Part shown: one piece after another, positions 17,590-27,004 of the stretch | Layout: each line of letters begins with the position of its first letter | Position numbering within the stretch: the stretch's first letter is position 1 | Assembly (NCBI GenBank): GCA_016218805.1 | Contig: JACRCW010000042.1 | Location: 62,001-108,103, forward strand | Direction of reading: 5' to 3' | Length of the DNA stretch: 46,103 nt | Source of the DNA: Deltaproteobacteria bacterium | GTDB taxonomy: Bacteria > Myxococcota > JACRCW01 | The notes under the pieces: model-generated | What the model saw: the letters and a program-made list of their open reading frames with translations, nothing else | The model's database searches: none | What the model was told of the DNA's origin: nothing | Program-made: the position numbers and the translations under genes

Positions 17590-19911
17590 GTGAGGCGGCA
17601 TGCGCTCGCCCTGGCCGGCGCGGGGGCGTTTGTTGCCCTGGGACTTGCCTGTCCGTGGCTGCCGGGCGTCACCGTGCCGGGTTACCTGCAGGCGTTGGTG
17701 GTGTCCTGTGCGGCGGGTCTGTTCCTTCCCTGGCCGGCGCTGACTGCCGCGCGGTGGCTGGATGGCCGGACGGCCCTGCCGGGGGCCTGGACCGTGGCGG
17801 CCGGCGCCACCGCGGGGATGTGGCCCGCGCTGTTCAGCTCCGCGGTGGGCGGTTGGTCCGGCACGCTGTGCGAACCGGGGCCGGCCTGGCTGCACGTGCT
17901 GCTGGGCCCCGTGGCCACGGGCGCCGTGGTGGGGGCGGCCGCATGGGCCGTGGCCGGGTGGGTGGCGCCGGGTTGGCGGGGGGCGCTCGCCGTGGCGGGC
18001 ATGCTCGGCAGCAGCGTGTGCCACTCGCTGTGGGTGGTCTACGCGGAACCGCAGGTGTTTGCGCTGGACCACGTGTTCGGCCACTTCCGCGGGCCCATCT
18101 ATGACGAGGGAAACGCCGACATGCAGCGCCCGCTGGCGCTGCGGGCCACCAGCCTGGCGTGGGTGGCGTGGCTGTTGGCTGCCGGCATGGTGGGACGGCG
18201 CCGCGCGCGGCGGGCGGACCTGAAGGAGCCTGGGCTGCTGTTCGCCGCGGCCACGTTGGCCTGGTGGGGTACCAGCGCGGCCACTGCGGCCACGGTGCGG
18301 CCCGGGCGCGCGGGCCTCCTGGCGCAGCTCCCGGGCGAACTCCGCACGGCCCACGCCGTCATCCACGCGGACCTGGGACGGTGGCCCCTGGCCGCGCGGC
18401 GGCGCCTGGCGTTGGAGGTAGAGCGCCACATCACTGAAATCACCGCGCTGGCGGAAGTGACCGGGCCGGAGACGGTGGAGGTGTTCCTGTACGCGTCCGC
18501 CGAGGAGAAGCACCGCCTGACCGGCGCCGGTCACACGCTGGTGGCGCGGCCGTGGGCGCGGCAGGTGCACGTGCAGGGCACGTCGCTGCCGGTGGGCGCG
18601 CTGCGGCACGAGCTGGCCCACGTGCTGCTGGCCCCGCTGGGCGGCGGGCCGTTCCGGATTCCCGCGCTGTGGGGCGTGGTGCCCAACGCGCTGCTGGTGG
18701 AGGGCGCGGCCACCGCGCTGGAAGAGGACGAAGGCCGCCTGGGGCTCCACCAGCGGGCGGCGGTGATGGAGCGCATGGGGCGGCTGCCGCGCGTGGAGGC
18801 GCTGGTGTCCCCCACCGGGTTTTTCCGTGAGAGCGGGCCGCGCGCGTACACCGCCGCCGGATCGTTCCTGCGGTTCCTGGTTGAGAAGCACGGGGGCGCA
18901 GCGCTGGCGCGCGTGTACCGGGCGGGGACGCTGCGCACGGAGGGCATCAACGCGGCGGCGCTGGAGGAGGAATGGGTGGCCATGCTGCGGGCCACGGAGG
19001 TGCCCCCACAGGAGGCGGCGCAGGCGCGCCGGGTGTTCCAGCGCGCATCCGTGCTGGACCGCCGCTGCGTGGATGAAGCCCAGGCCCGCTGGCAGCGCGC
19101 CGCAGCGCACGCCGGCAACGGGCGCTGGGATGACGCCACGCGCGAATGGCGGCGCCTGCTGGAGCTGGAGCCCGACAACGACGAGCCCCTGCTGGCGATG
19201 GCCGAGTGGTACGCGCGGACGGGCGAGCCGGAGCGCCGGACGGCCGTGCTGGCCGAGCTGGATGGCCGCCGCCCCGACGATCCGGCCCGGCTGCGGCTGG
19301 CGTTGTTGGCCGCCGAGGAGGCGGTGCAGCACGACGACTGGCCCGCCCTGGCGGATGCGCTGACCCGCGCGGAGCCGCTGGCGGCGGGCACCGCGCAGGA
19401 GCGCCAGGCCACGCTGCTGCGCGCGGCGGCGGACGCTCTGCTGGCGCGCGCCGCGGCGCCGCCGTGTGGGGCGCTGGCCGTGGGGATCCTGCGCTTCATC
19501 CTGGGCGCCGGGCCGGAACGCGCGCGCGCGCGCAGTGACCTGCTGGCCCTGCGCGAAGCCCTGGACGGACTGCCCGCCGACGCCACGTGCGGGTCGCTGC
19601 GGGCGGCGGCGGAATACCTGGTGGGGAGGCAGCTGGTGGCGGACGACCCGGGCCGTGCGCTGCGCGACCTGGACGACGCCACGGCGCACGGCCTGCCGGC
19701 ACCCGCGCTGGACCGTGAGGCCCGCCGCCTTCGCGGCGAGGCCCTGGAGAACCGGGCGGACTTCCGCGCTGCCGTGGAGGTCTACGAACAGCTGGGCCGC
19801 ACCGCAGCGGACCCCACCCAGCAGCTGGAGGCGCGCCGCCTGCTGGCACGGGCGCGCTTTGCCGCTGCCGGTGGCCTCACACCAGACCCGTCCCCATCGC
19901 CAGCGCAATGA
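17590..19911 (+). CDS. Membrane protein with gluzincin (peptidase MA-like) domain and TPR-like helical C-terminus
   Basis: About 6 N-terminal TM helices; LRHELAHV followed by LVEGAATAL; AYTAAGSFLRFL; helical repeat C-terminus. Start uncertain. Confidence 0.75.
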   Translation: MRRHALALAGAGAFVALGLACPWLPGVTVPGYLQALVVSCAAGLFLPWPALTAARWLDGRTALPGAWTVAAGATAGMWPALFSSAVGGWSGTLCEPGPAWLHVLLGPVATGAVVGAAAWAVAGWVAPGWRGALAVAGMLGSSVCHSLWVVYAEPQVFALDHVFGHFRGPIYDEGNADMQRPLALRATSLAWVAWLLAAGMVGRRRARRADLKEPGLLFAAATLAWWGTSAATAATVRPGRAGLLAQLPGELRTAHAVIHADLGRWPLAARRRLALEVERHITEITALAEVTGPETVEVFLYASAEEKHRLTGAGHTLVARPWARQVHVQGTSLPVGALRHELAHVLLAPLGGGPFRIPALWGVVPNALLVEGAATALEEDEGRLGLHQRAAVMERMGRLPRVEALVSPTGFFRESGPRAYTAAGSFLRFLVEKHGGAALARVYRAGTLRTEGINAAALEEEWVAMLRATEVPPQEAAQARRVFQRASVLDRRCVDEAQARWQRAAAHAGNGRWDDATREWRRLLELEPDNDEPLLAMAEWYARTGEPERRTAVLAELDGRRPDDPARLRLALLAAEEAVQHDDWPALADALTRAEPLAAGTAQERQATLLRAAADALLARAAAPPCGALAVGILRFILGAGPERARARSDLLALREALDGLPADATCGSLRAAAEYLVGRQLVADDPGRALRDLDDATAHGLPAPALDREARRLRGEALENRADFRAAVEVYEQLGRTAADPTQQLEARRLLARARFAAAGGLTPDPSPSPAQ

Positions 19912-20650
19912 CAATGAGCATCACCGCCACGCTGCCCTGCACGGCCCGTAGCGTGACCTTCTTGAGCAACCGGTTGCCGGCCCACGCACCGGCAAACGCT
20001 GACGCCGTGGCCGCCCCCACCAGCGCCGCGTGAGCCTGCAGGCCCGCGTGGGCCAGGGTCGTGCCGTACACGGCCAACCGGACAACGTCGACCACGCAGG
20101 CCAGCACCACGCCGGTGGCCACCAGCGCCTCCTTCCCCAGCCCCGCGCGGATGAGAAACGCGCTGCGCAGCGCGCCCTGGTGGCCCGTCAGCCCACCCAG
20201 GAAGCCCGCCAGCAGCCCGCCCACCGGGAGAAAGCGCCGGTCAAAGGACAGGTCCCGCAGGGCGGGAACCACCTCAAACGCAGCAAAGAACACCAGCAGC
20301 ACCGCCACCACGATCTTCACTGGCGTGACCGCGCACTCGCGCCCCAACGCCGTCCACGTGAACAACGGATCCCAGCCCGCCAGGCTGGACAGCAGCCAAG
20401 CCCCCGCCAGCGCCGCGGGGATGGCGGCGGCGCCAAACGCCAGCACGCTGGCCCGGTCCGCATGCTTCCCCACCAGGACAAGCTTGAAGAGGTTGTTGAG
20501 GAAGTGCACCACCGCCGTCATGGCCACGGCCAGCGGCACGGGGAAGAACAGCGCAAACACCGGCATCAGCAGCGTGCCCAGGCCAAACCCGGAGAAGAAC
20601 GTCAGACCTGACGCCAGCACTGCCACCGTGCAGATGAGAAGGTATGACAC
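19877..20650 (-). CDS. TSUP (TauE/SafE) family permease
   Basis: SGLTFFSGFGLGTLLMP, GFLGGLTGHQGALRSAFL; about 8 TM helices; 35-nt convergent overlap with the preceding gene. Confidence 0.88.
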   Translation of the reverse strand: MSYLLICTVAVLASGLTFFSGFGLGTLLMPVFALFFPVPLAVAMTAVVHFLNNLFKLVLVGKHADRASVLAFGAAAIPAALAGAWLLSSLAGWDPLFTWTALGRECAVTPVKIVVAVLLVFFAAFEVVPALRDLSFDRRFLPVGGLLAGFLGGLTGHQGALRSAFLIRAGLGKEALVATGVVLACVVDVVRLAVYGTTLAHAGLQAHAALVGAATASAFAGAWAGNRLLKKVTLRAVQGSVAVMLIVIALAMGTGLV

Positions 20651-20656
20651 GCCAAC

Positions 20657-21625
20657 TCATTCCGGCTCTGCCAGCGCGATGCCGCGCCCGCCCACGACCC
20701 ACAGCCGGCTGTCGTCGCCGCAGTGTACGCCCCACAGCGCTTCCCGCGTCCCGGTGTTGACGTTGGCCCAGCGGCTGCCCTCCAGCACCCACAGCGGGAA
20801 CCACGGCAGCCGCCCCTTCCCCACCACGGCCACGCGCCCATCCGGGGCCGCGCACAGCGCCGTGAACCGGCCGGACAGGCGCATGCCGTCGTCCTCCGTG
20901 CGGGGCGTGGCCACCGTGATGGCGTGGATGCCGTCCTCCGCCAGGACAAACAGGTGCGTGCCCGTGGCCGCCACCCGCAGCGCGCCGGACATGGGCAGGT
21001 CCACCTGGGCCGACCAGATGCCGTTCACGCGGCGGAACAGCGTCTTCTCTCCGTCCACGCCGTTGCCCGCCCAGTGCGTGCCGTCCGTGCCAATGGCCAC
21101 CCAACTGATCTGGGCCGGGATGCCGGTTTCAAACGCCGCCTTGGCAAAGCTGCCACCCTGCCCCTCCCACAACGTCCCCACCGGGCGCGCCGTCTCCGTG
21201 GTGCGGTGCGCCACCAGCACCAGGCCGTCCCGTGCCGCCAACGCCGTGGGCGCCCAGCCGTCAAACTCCGGGCGGCCCAGGGCATTCACCGGCGGCGGAA
21301 CGGTGGCCAGGCTCCCACCCTGCCCGCGCACCAGCGCCCCGTCCAACCACCCGTACAGCCGCCCCGCCTCACCCACCACCAGCCCCTTGACCGGGCGCCG
21401 GATGTCCCCGCCCGCCGCGTCCAACACGGCAAAGCGACCCACGTCGCGGTCGCCTTCGGCCACGCGGAGGATCTCCCCGTCCGCCGTGCCCGCCCACAGC
21501 GCCCCGTCATGTACCACCGCGGCGCGCAGGTCGTCAGCGGTGGTGCCGGTCTCCAGCAGCACCCACGGCAGCTCACAGGCGGACAGAAGTACGGCGGCCA
21601 GCAGCGCGCCCAGTCGCGTGGTCAT
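20657..21625 (-). CDS. Lipoprotein, probable beta-propeller
   Basis: MTTRLGALLAAVLLSA-C lipobox; blade-like repeats (TGTTADDLRAAV..WAG..GEI; TGTREALWGV..LWVVGGRG); ATGA overlap with the upstream gene. Confidence 0.72.
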   Translation of the reverse strand: MTTRLGALLAAVLLSACELPWVLLETGTTADDLRAAVVHDGALWAGTADGEILRVAEGDRDVGRFAVLDAAGGDIRRPVKGLVVGEAGRLYGWLDGALVRGQGGSLATVPPPVNALGRPEFDGWAPTALAARDGLVLVAHRTTETARPVGTLWEGQGGSFAKAAFETGIPAQISWVAIGTDGTHWAGNGVDGEKTLFRRVNGIWSAQVDLPMSGALRVAATGTHLFVLAEDGIHAITVATPRTEDDGMRLSGRFTALCAAPDGRVAVVGKGRLPWFPLWVLEGSRWANVNTGTREALWGVHCGDDSRLWVVGGRGIALAEPE

Positions 21626-23547
21626 GGGCTGGCCCCCAGCGGGTCCTGGGCCGGGCCGCCCGGGTCCGTGGTGGGCACCACGTCCGGGGTGCGCGGGCCG
21701 TCCGTCCCCTGTGCCACACCGCGCAGTTCCCAGCCCGGCGTGGGGGTGAAGGGAATGGGCTCCTCCGGCCGGCCCGGCGGCGCCACGCTCCCCTGCGCCA
21801 ACAACCGCTCCCACGGCGGTGCCAGCGCCAACGCGCCCAGCAGGCCCGTGCAGCCCACGGCCAGGCACGGTGCTGCCCCCACCAACCCCAGCGCCAGCGC
21901 CGGCGCCCACGTCCCGCGGTGGCGCAGGTCATTGAGCCCGCCCAGGCCCCACATGAGCCCCACGGTTCCCAGCGGGATCCCCGCCGCCACGGCTACGCCC
22001 AGCACCACGCCGGCCAGCCCCACCACGCCGGACAGGACCCCCACACCGTGGAGAACAGGCGCCGCGGTGGAGGAGCCGCCGTTGAACCGCACCTCCCGGA
22101 AGCCGCCCGGCGGCGCGTCCCACGTGTCCGTGAGTACGTTGCCCATTTCATCCCGCGCCTGCACCACGTGCGTACCGGGGGTGATCACCACGTGCCCGCG
22201 CAGCGTCCCGTGGCCCCGGCCGTCCAGGTACACCACGTTCACATTGTCGTGCTCCAGGCTCAGCAGCGCGCCCGGGGGCGGCAGGTCCACCGTCCCCACG
22301 TCCAGCTTGCGCCGGTCCTCAATGACAATGGCGCGCCGCACGCGCGCCCCGCCCGGAAAGCGCACTGACAGCACGTGCGCGCCCGGGGCCAGGCCCAGCT
22401 CGGCCACCGGCGTGATGCCCAGCAGCTTGCCGTCCACCCACACCTCACCCCCCACCGGCCGCGTGGCAATGCCCAGCATTCCCTTCAGCTCGCGCAACGG
22501 GGCGCGCAGCGTCGTGGTTTCGCCCGCGCGGATGGTGACGGACTCCCGCAGGGGCTGGAACCCCGGCGCGGCCACCAGCACCGCGTATTGCCCCTGGCCC
22601 ATGCACGCCAGCGTCATGGGGCCGCGGCCCACCTCCAGCGTCTCAATGGTCACGGTGGCCTGCGGCGGCAGCTCCACCACGGACAGTGTGCCCAGCGGGA
22701 TGGCCGTGCCCAGGCCCATGGCCTGCACGGGTTCGTAGCGTGCGGTGTCCGGGCGGAGCACGCCGCAGGTGCTCCCGTCCTGCCGCACGCGCAGCGTGAA
22801 GATGTCATGCGGGCGGAAGGACAGCGTCAGGGGGAGCGACGTCTCCGGGACCAGTTCCCCGCCCGCCGTCATGCCGGGCAACCCCGTCACCGTCAGCTGG
22901 CGCGGCGGCAACTGCGCCTTGTTGCGCAGCAGGAAGTCCCGCGCGTCCTCCACCCGCAGCGCGCGCGTCCCGGCAAAGTTGCCCTCCACCGGGCCTTGCG
23001 CAAATCCCACCACGTCACCCGCCGTGTTGAACACCGGCCCGCCCGCGTTCAATCCGTTCCACGGCACCGCCAGCTTGAGGGCCGGCTGCAGGCCACCCGC
23101 CCGCGGGTTCATGGGCTCCACGGGCCCCAGCGTGGTTACCGCCAGCGAAAACGCCTTGCTGGTCTCATCCAGCGCGACGACGCGGTCATCCATGCGCAGC
23201 CCGGCGGTGACACCCAGCGTGGCGGGGCGGAAGCCCTCGCCGTCAATCTGCAGCAGCGTGAACCAGTCATCCCGCACCACCACGTTGGCGGGGAGCGCGC
23301 GCGGTTCCTCGCCGGGGCCCACGTACAGCGTCACCGTGATCTGGCGCCCTTTGAGGATGGACCGCGTGGACGTCAGCACCAGCCCGTCAGAACTGATCAC
23401 CACGCCGGCGCCGCGCGCCTTTTCGCTCTCCAGGTAGACCACCGCCCGCAGCGGCACGGCGATGCGTTCCTGCGCCGCCACGGGAAGTGCCGCGGACAGG
23501 AGCAGGGCGACGGGAAGTACCGGAGGGGGGAGACGCACGGCGCGCAT
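21622..23547 (-). CDS. Trypsin-like (S1C) pseudoprotease + PEGA repeats + C-terminal TM helices
   Basis: Signal peptide (VAA-QE); GAGVVISSDGLVLT; GLNAGGPVFNTAGDVVG; PEGA motif TRPVGGEVWVDGKLLGITP...LAPGAHVL; hydrophobic C-terminus. Confidence 0.78.
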   Translation of the reverse strand: MRAVRLPPPVLPVALLLSAALPVAAQERIAVPLRAVVYLESEKARGAGVVISSDGLVLTSTRSILKGRQITVTLYVGPGEEPRALPANVVVRDDWFTLLQIDGEGFRPATLGVTAGLRMDDRVVALDETSKAFSLAVTTLGPVEPMNPRAGGLQPALKLAVPWNGLNAGGPVFNTAGDVVGFAQGPVEGNFAGTRALRVEDARDFLLRNKAQLPPRQLTVTGLPGMTAGGELVPETSLPLTLSFRPHDIFTLRVRQDGSTCGVLRPDTARYEPVQAMGLGTAIPLGTLSVVELPPQATVTIETLEVGRGPMTLACMGQGQYAVLVAAPGFQPLRESVTIRAGETTTLRAPLRELKGMLGIATRPVGGEVWVDGKLLGITPVAELGLAPGAHVLSVRFPGGARVRRAIVIEDRRKLDVGTVDLPPPGALLSLEHDNVNVVYLDGRGHGTLRGHVVITPGTHVVQARDEMGNVLTDTWDAPPGGFREVRFNGGSSTAAPVLHGVGVLSGVVGLAGVVLGVAVAAGIPLGTVGLMWGLGGLNDLRHRGTWAPALALGLVGAAPCLAVGCTGLLGALALAPPWERLLAQGSVAPPGRPEEPIPFTPTPGWELRGVAQGTDGPRTPDVVPTTDPGGPAQDPLGASP

Positions 23548-23658
23548 CGGTAGCGCACGACGACGCCGTTCGCCAAGGCGGGCGCCGCGACAACGGAGCG
23601 CACGCCAGCGCACGCCCATCCCCGCGCCCCGGTGGGAAGAGCGCCGGCGGACGCGCCG

Positions 23659-25902
23659 TCAGCCGCACGAGTTGCACTGCAGGGTCCCGCCACAACCGTC
23701 CGGGAAGCTGCCGCACATGCCCGGCGTGCACACGCCCCGCTGGCAGCAGCGTCCCGACACGCACGTCTGCCCTCCCAGGCAAGTGCCGCACGGCACCCGC
23801 TGGCCGCACGGGTTGGCGGGGCTGTTGCCGCAGTTCTGGTCCACCGCGCACTGCGGCGCGGGGCAGGCCGCGCATTGACCCAGGGTGCAGTATTCGCCCG
23901 CCGGGCACGGGCAGGCGGCGTTGCCGTTGCACGCGGGCAGGACCGGGCAGGCCGCGCACGTGCCGCTGGCGCAGTACTCACCGGCGGTGCAGGGGCAGCT
24001 GCTGTTGCAGGACGGTGCCGTGGGGCAGTCCAGGCAACCGGTGCCTGAACAGTACTGGCCGGTGGTGCACGTGGAGGTACAACCTGACTGGCCGCAGGCC
24101 GGGCAGCCCGCGCAGGTTCCGTTGCTGCAGAATTGGCCGGCCGGGCACGCCGGGCAGCCCGCCACGCCGCAGGCCGGGAGTGCGGGACAGGCCGTGCACT
24201 GGTTGCCCACGCAGCCCAGTCCGGACGGGCAGCCCCCGCAATTCACGGTATTCCCGCAGGCGTTGCGGTAGTTGCTCCCGCAGGCAACGCCGTCCACGGC
24301 GCACTCGGGCCGGGGCGCACACACGTTGGGGGTTCCGCCGCCGCCGCACACCCACTGGCTGGGGCACGACCCACAGTTGTGCGTCCCGCCGCAGCCGTTG
24401 CTGACGGTGCCGCAGTTCAGGCCGCTGCATGCCTGCGCCAGCGTGCGCGGGACGCACGGGGTGCAGCGGCGGGTGATGCGGTCGCAACGGTCGGCCGGTG
24501 CACAGGTGCCGCAGTCCAGCGTGGTCCCGCATCCGTCGTCGTAGCTGCCGCAGTTGGCGCCCAGCACGTCGCAATCCAGCGGCGCGCAGGCGCCGCACTG
24601 CCGGGTGCGTGGATGGCAGAACTGGCCGGAGGGGCAGGTGGGGCAGGTGACCAGCCGCCCGCAGGCGTCCGTGATGACCCCGCACTGCGCTCCGGCGGCC
24701 GCGCAGGCGCCCGCCGTGGTGGTGCAGGCCCGCGTGTCCACGGAGCAGGTCTGCGCCGAAGTGCACTGGGGACACGCCAGCGCCCCACCGCAGCCGTCCA
24801 CCGCCGGACCGCACGCCACGCCCAGCGAACCGCAGGTCTCCGGCGTGCAACCACAGGCGTTGGCCACCCCGCCGCCGCCACACGAATCGGGGTAGCTGCA
24901 CGGGCCGCAGTCCAGCAGCTGGTAGCAGCCGTCGCTGACCGGGCCGCAGGTGGCGCCCAGGTCATCACAGGTCTTTGCCGCGCAGCCGCACTGGTTGTCC
25001 ACGCCACCGCCGCCACACGTGCTGGGCAGCGCGCAGTCGCCGCAATCGCGCGTGCCGCCGCACCCGTCGGGGATGGTTCCGCAGTGGGCCCCCACGTCGG
25101 TACAGGCCACCGGGCGGCAGCCGCACTGGCCAGGCGTGAACGCGCCGCACGTCTGCGGCGGCGTGCAATCCCCGCACCCGAGCAATCCGCCGCATCCGTC
25201 CGGGACCTCGCCGCAGACGGCGCCCCATGCCGCGCAGTCCGCCAGCGGCGTGCAGCCGCACTGGTTGTCCACGCCGCCCCCGCCGCACGTCTGGAACGCG
25301 CCCGTGCAGCCGCACCACAGACTCCCCCCACAACCATCCGGGAAGCTGCCGCATCCCAGCCCCAGCGTGGCGCAGTCCGCGGGGACGCATGAGCCGGATG
25401 ACGGAACAGCGGATGATCCGGTGCTGGCGGGCGCGCCGGACGAGGAGGGAACGGGCGCGGCCGACGACGCGGCGCCACCGCCGGACGCCGACGAGGACCG
25501 CGCGGCCGATGAGGCCCCGCCGCTGCCCAGGCCCGAGGACGCAAGGGCAGCGCTGGACGAGGAGGTGCCGGCAGCGGACCCGGAGGAGGTCAGGGTGGCA
25601 CTGGCCGGGCCGGAGGCCGGCAGGGAGACCGGCGGTGATGCGCTGCTGGATGACGAGGCTGCCGTGGTGGCGGAGGACCCCGCGGAGGTTGCGGCCGGGG
25701 ACCGGGAGGAACTCGCCGCGGCGGTGGCGGCGGAGAATGACGTGGATGACCCCGTCACGCCGCCGTTGCTGCCGCTGCCCGCGGCGCCCGCGTCCGCGGT
25801 GGTGTCGTCATCATCGCCGGTGGGAGGGCGCGGGCACGCAGCCAACAGCGCCGCCAGGGCAAGGACAAAGGTGGTGCGGCGTTGGAGCGGGGCGAAGGAC
25901 AT
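23659..25902 (-). CDS. Cys-rich repeat lipoprotein (about 11 DGCG-type units) with Ser-rich linker
   Basis: LALAALLAA-C lipobox; long Ser/Ala/Gly linker; repeats CG..PDGCGG.L.CG.C....TCGGGG..NQCGC. Confidence 0.85.
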   Translation of the reverse strand: MSFAPLQRRTTFVLALAALLAACPRPPTGDDDDTTADAGAAGSGSNGGVTGSSTSFSAATAAASSSRSPAATSAGSSATTAASSSSSASPPVSLPASGPASATLTSSGSAAGTSSSSAALASSGLGSGGASSAARSSSASGGGAASSAAPVPSSSGAPASTGSSAVPSSGSCVPADCATLGLGCGSFPDGCGGSLWCGCTGAFQTCGGGGVDNQCGCTPLADCAAWGAVCGEVPDGCGGLLGCGDCTPPQTCGAFTPGQCGCRPVACTDVGAHCGTIPDGCGGTRDCGDCALPSTCGGGGVDNQCGCAAKTCDDLGATCGPVSDGCYQLLDCGPCSYPDSCGGGGVANACGCTPETCGSLGVACGPAVDGCGGALACPQCTSAQTCSVDTRACTTTAGACAAAGAQCGVITDACGRLVTCPTCPSGQFCHPRTRQCGACAPLDCDVLGANCGSYDDGCGTTLDCGTCAPADRCDRITRRCTPCVPRTLAQACSGLNCGTVSNGCGGTHNCGSCPSQWVCGGGGTPNVCAPRPECAVDGVACGSNYRNACGNTVNCGGCPSGLGCVGNQCTACPALPACGVAGCPACPAGQFCSNGTCAGCPACGQSGCTSTCTTGQYCSGTGCLDCPTAPSCNSSCPCTAGEYCASGTCAACPVLPACNGNAACPCPAGEYCTLGQCAACPAPQCAVDQNCGNSPANPCGQRVPCGTCLGGQTCVSGRCCQRGVCTPGMCGSFPDGCGGTLQCNSCG

Positions 25903-25983
25903 TCACAACTCCTGGCTGGCGCGCCACCGGCGGGACCGGCCCTTCAACCGGAAGAGCCTCCAAGGGCCCTCAGCGGTGCAACA

Positions 25984-26898
25984 CTAGTCCTTGACGCAGA
26001 GGCCGTGCCCGTACGCGCCGTTGGAGTCCCAGGCGCACGCGCCCGAGGGCTTGCAATAGACCAGCGGCCGGGCGGTGTTGCCGGCCGCACAGTTGATGGA
26101 GGCACCGGGGCAGGTGGCCGCGCCCCACGCTGAGCCGAACATGCACCCGCCGGTGACGGTGCCGGGGGGCACCCGCCAGGATGCGCCGTCGCAGTATTCC
26201 ACGCTCTTGCTCGTCGCGTTGTAGCGCATGGCCCCCGTGGCGGCCGTGGTGCACCCCAGCCCGGTGCTGCCCACGCGCACCTCGCCCGCAACGTCCAGCT
26301 GGGCGGCGGGCGTGGCGGTGCCCACGCCCATCTTGCCGTCCACCAGGGTGTCCCCGGTGACCTGGGCGTTTCCCGTGACGGTCATCCCGGCCGCGCTGGC
26401 GGGCCCTCCCACCGCCAGCGCCCCATCCACGTCAAACGGCTGCCCCGGAATGCCGCGGCGCGCGGAGAGCGCAAACGCGCCGGACCCCATGCGCTGCCGG
26501 CCGGACAGCGCCGTGAACGACGAGCCGGTGCTCCCGCAGCCGCTCCCGCTGCCGGCGTCCGCCACCGCCACCTCCAGGAACAGGTCGGTGGCGTGCTCGA
26601 CGGCGGTGCTCAGCGCCGTGGCGGCGCCCAGGCGCACGGCAAAGTCCCCGGCGGACACCGTGACGGCAGGCTGCGCTTCGGACCACACCGCGGACCCGCC
26701 GCTGGCCTGGGTGAACAGCAGGAAGCAGAAATCCAGCGCGCCGTTGACCGGAATGCCGTCCTTCTCAATGCGGCCCTGGTACGGCAGCGTCCCCCAGCCC
26801 GCGCCGTTGAGGATGTCCGCCCACGCCACGCCGGCGGCGCCGCCAAGGCCGGCCGCAAGGGCGGCGGTGACAACCAATGACATCCGGGTGGTGCGCAT
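25984..26898 (-). CDS. Secreted fibre/adhesin-like protein (YQGR N-domain, tail-fibre-like repeat, Cys-rich tip)
   Basis: Signal peptide AWA-D; PYQGRIEKDGIPVNG...VWSE...GDFAVRLG; GKMGVGTATPAAQLDVAG; GAMRYNATSKSVEYCDGASW; AGGAG RBS. Confidence 0.75.
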   Translation of the reverse strand: MRTTRMSLVVTAALAAGLGGAAGVAWADILNGAGWGTLPYQGRIEKDGIPVNGALDFCFLLFTQASGGSAVWSEAQPAVTVSAGDFAVRLGAATALSTAVEHATDLFLEVAVADAGSGSGCGSTGSSFTALSGRQRMGSGAFALSARRGIPGQPFDVDGALAVGGPASAAGMTVTGNAQVTGDTLVDGKMGVGTATPAAQLDVAGEVRVGSTGLGCTTAATGAMRYNATSKSVEYCDGASWRVPPGTVTGGCMFGSAWGAATCPGASINCAAGNTARPLVYCKPSGACAWDSNGAYGHGLCVKD

Positions 26899-27004
26899 GA
26901 CGGTGCTCCTGATGATGGGGACGGCACAGACTACCGCAAGCGCCCGGGTGCGTGGACGTTGCCGGCGCACGCGTGGGAGCCTCGCGCGCCGGAGGAGACG
27001 CATC

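Noticed and set aside
17290..19914. 874-aa minus-strand ORF and similar long antisense ORFs (e.g. 4802-6919, 10272-12212, 15531-17531)
   Set aside because: Stop-poor shadow frames typical of high-GC DNA; they lie opposite genes with recognisable motifs.
25984..26898. Prophage, based on the tail-fibre-like motif
   Set aside because: The protein has a Sec signal and no capsid, terminase, integrase or other phage genes are nearby.
26228..27004. N-terminal extension of the 1152-aa ORF
   Set aside because: It overlaps the minus-strand fibre-like gene; the real start is at 27005 with an RBS and lipobox.
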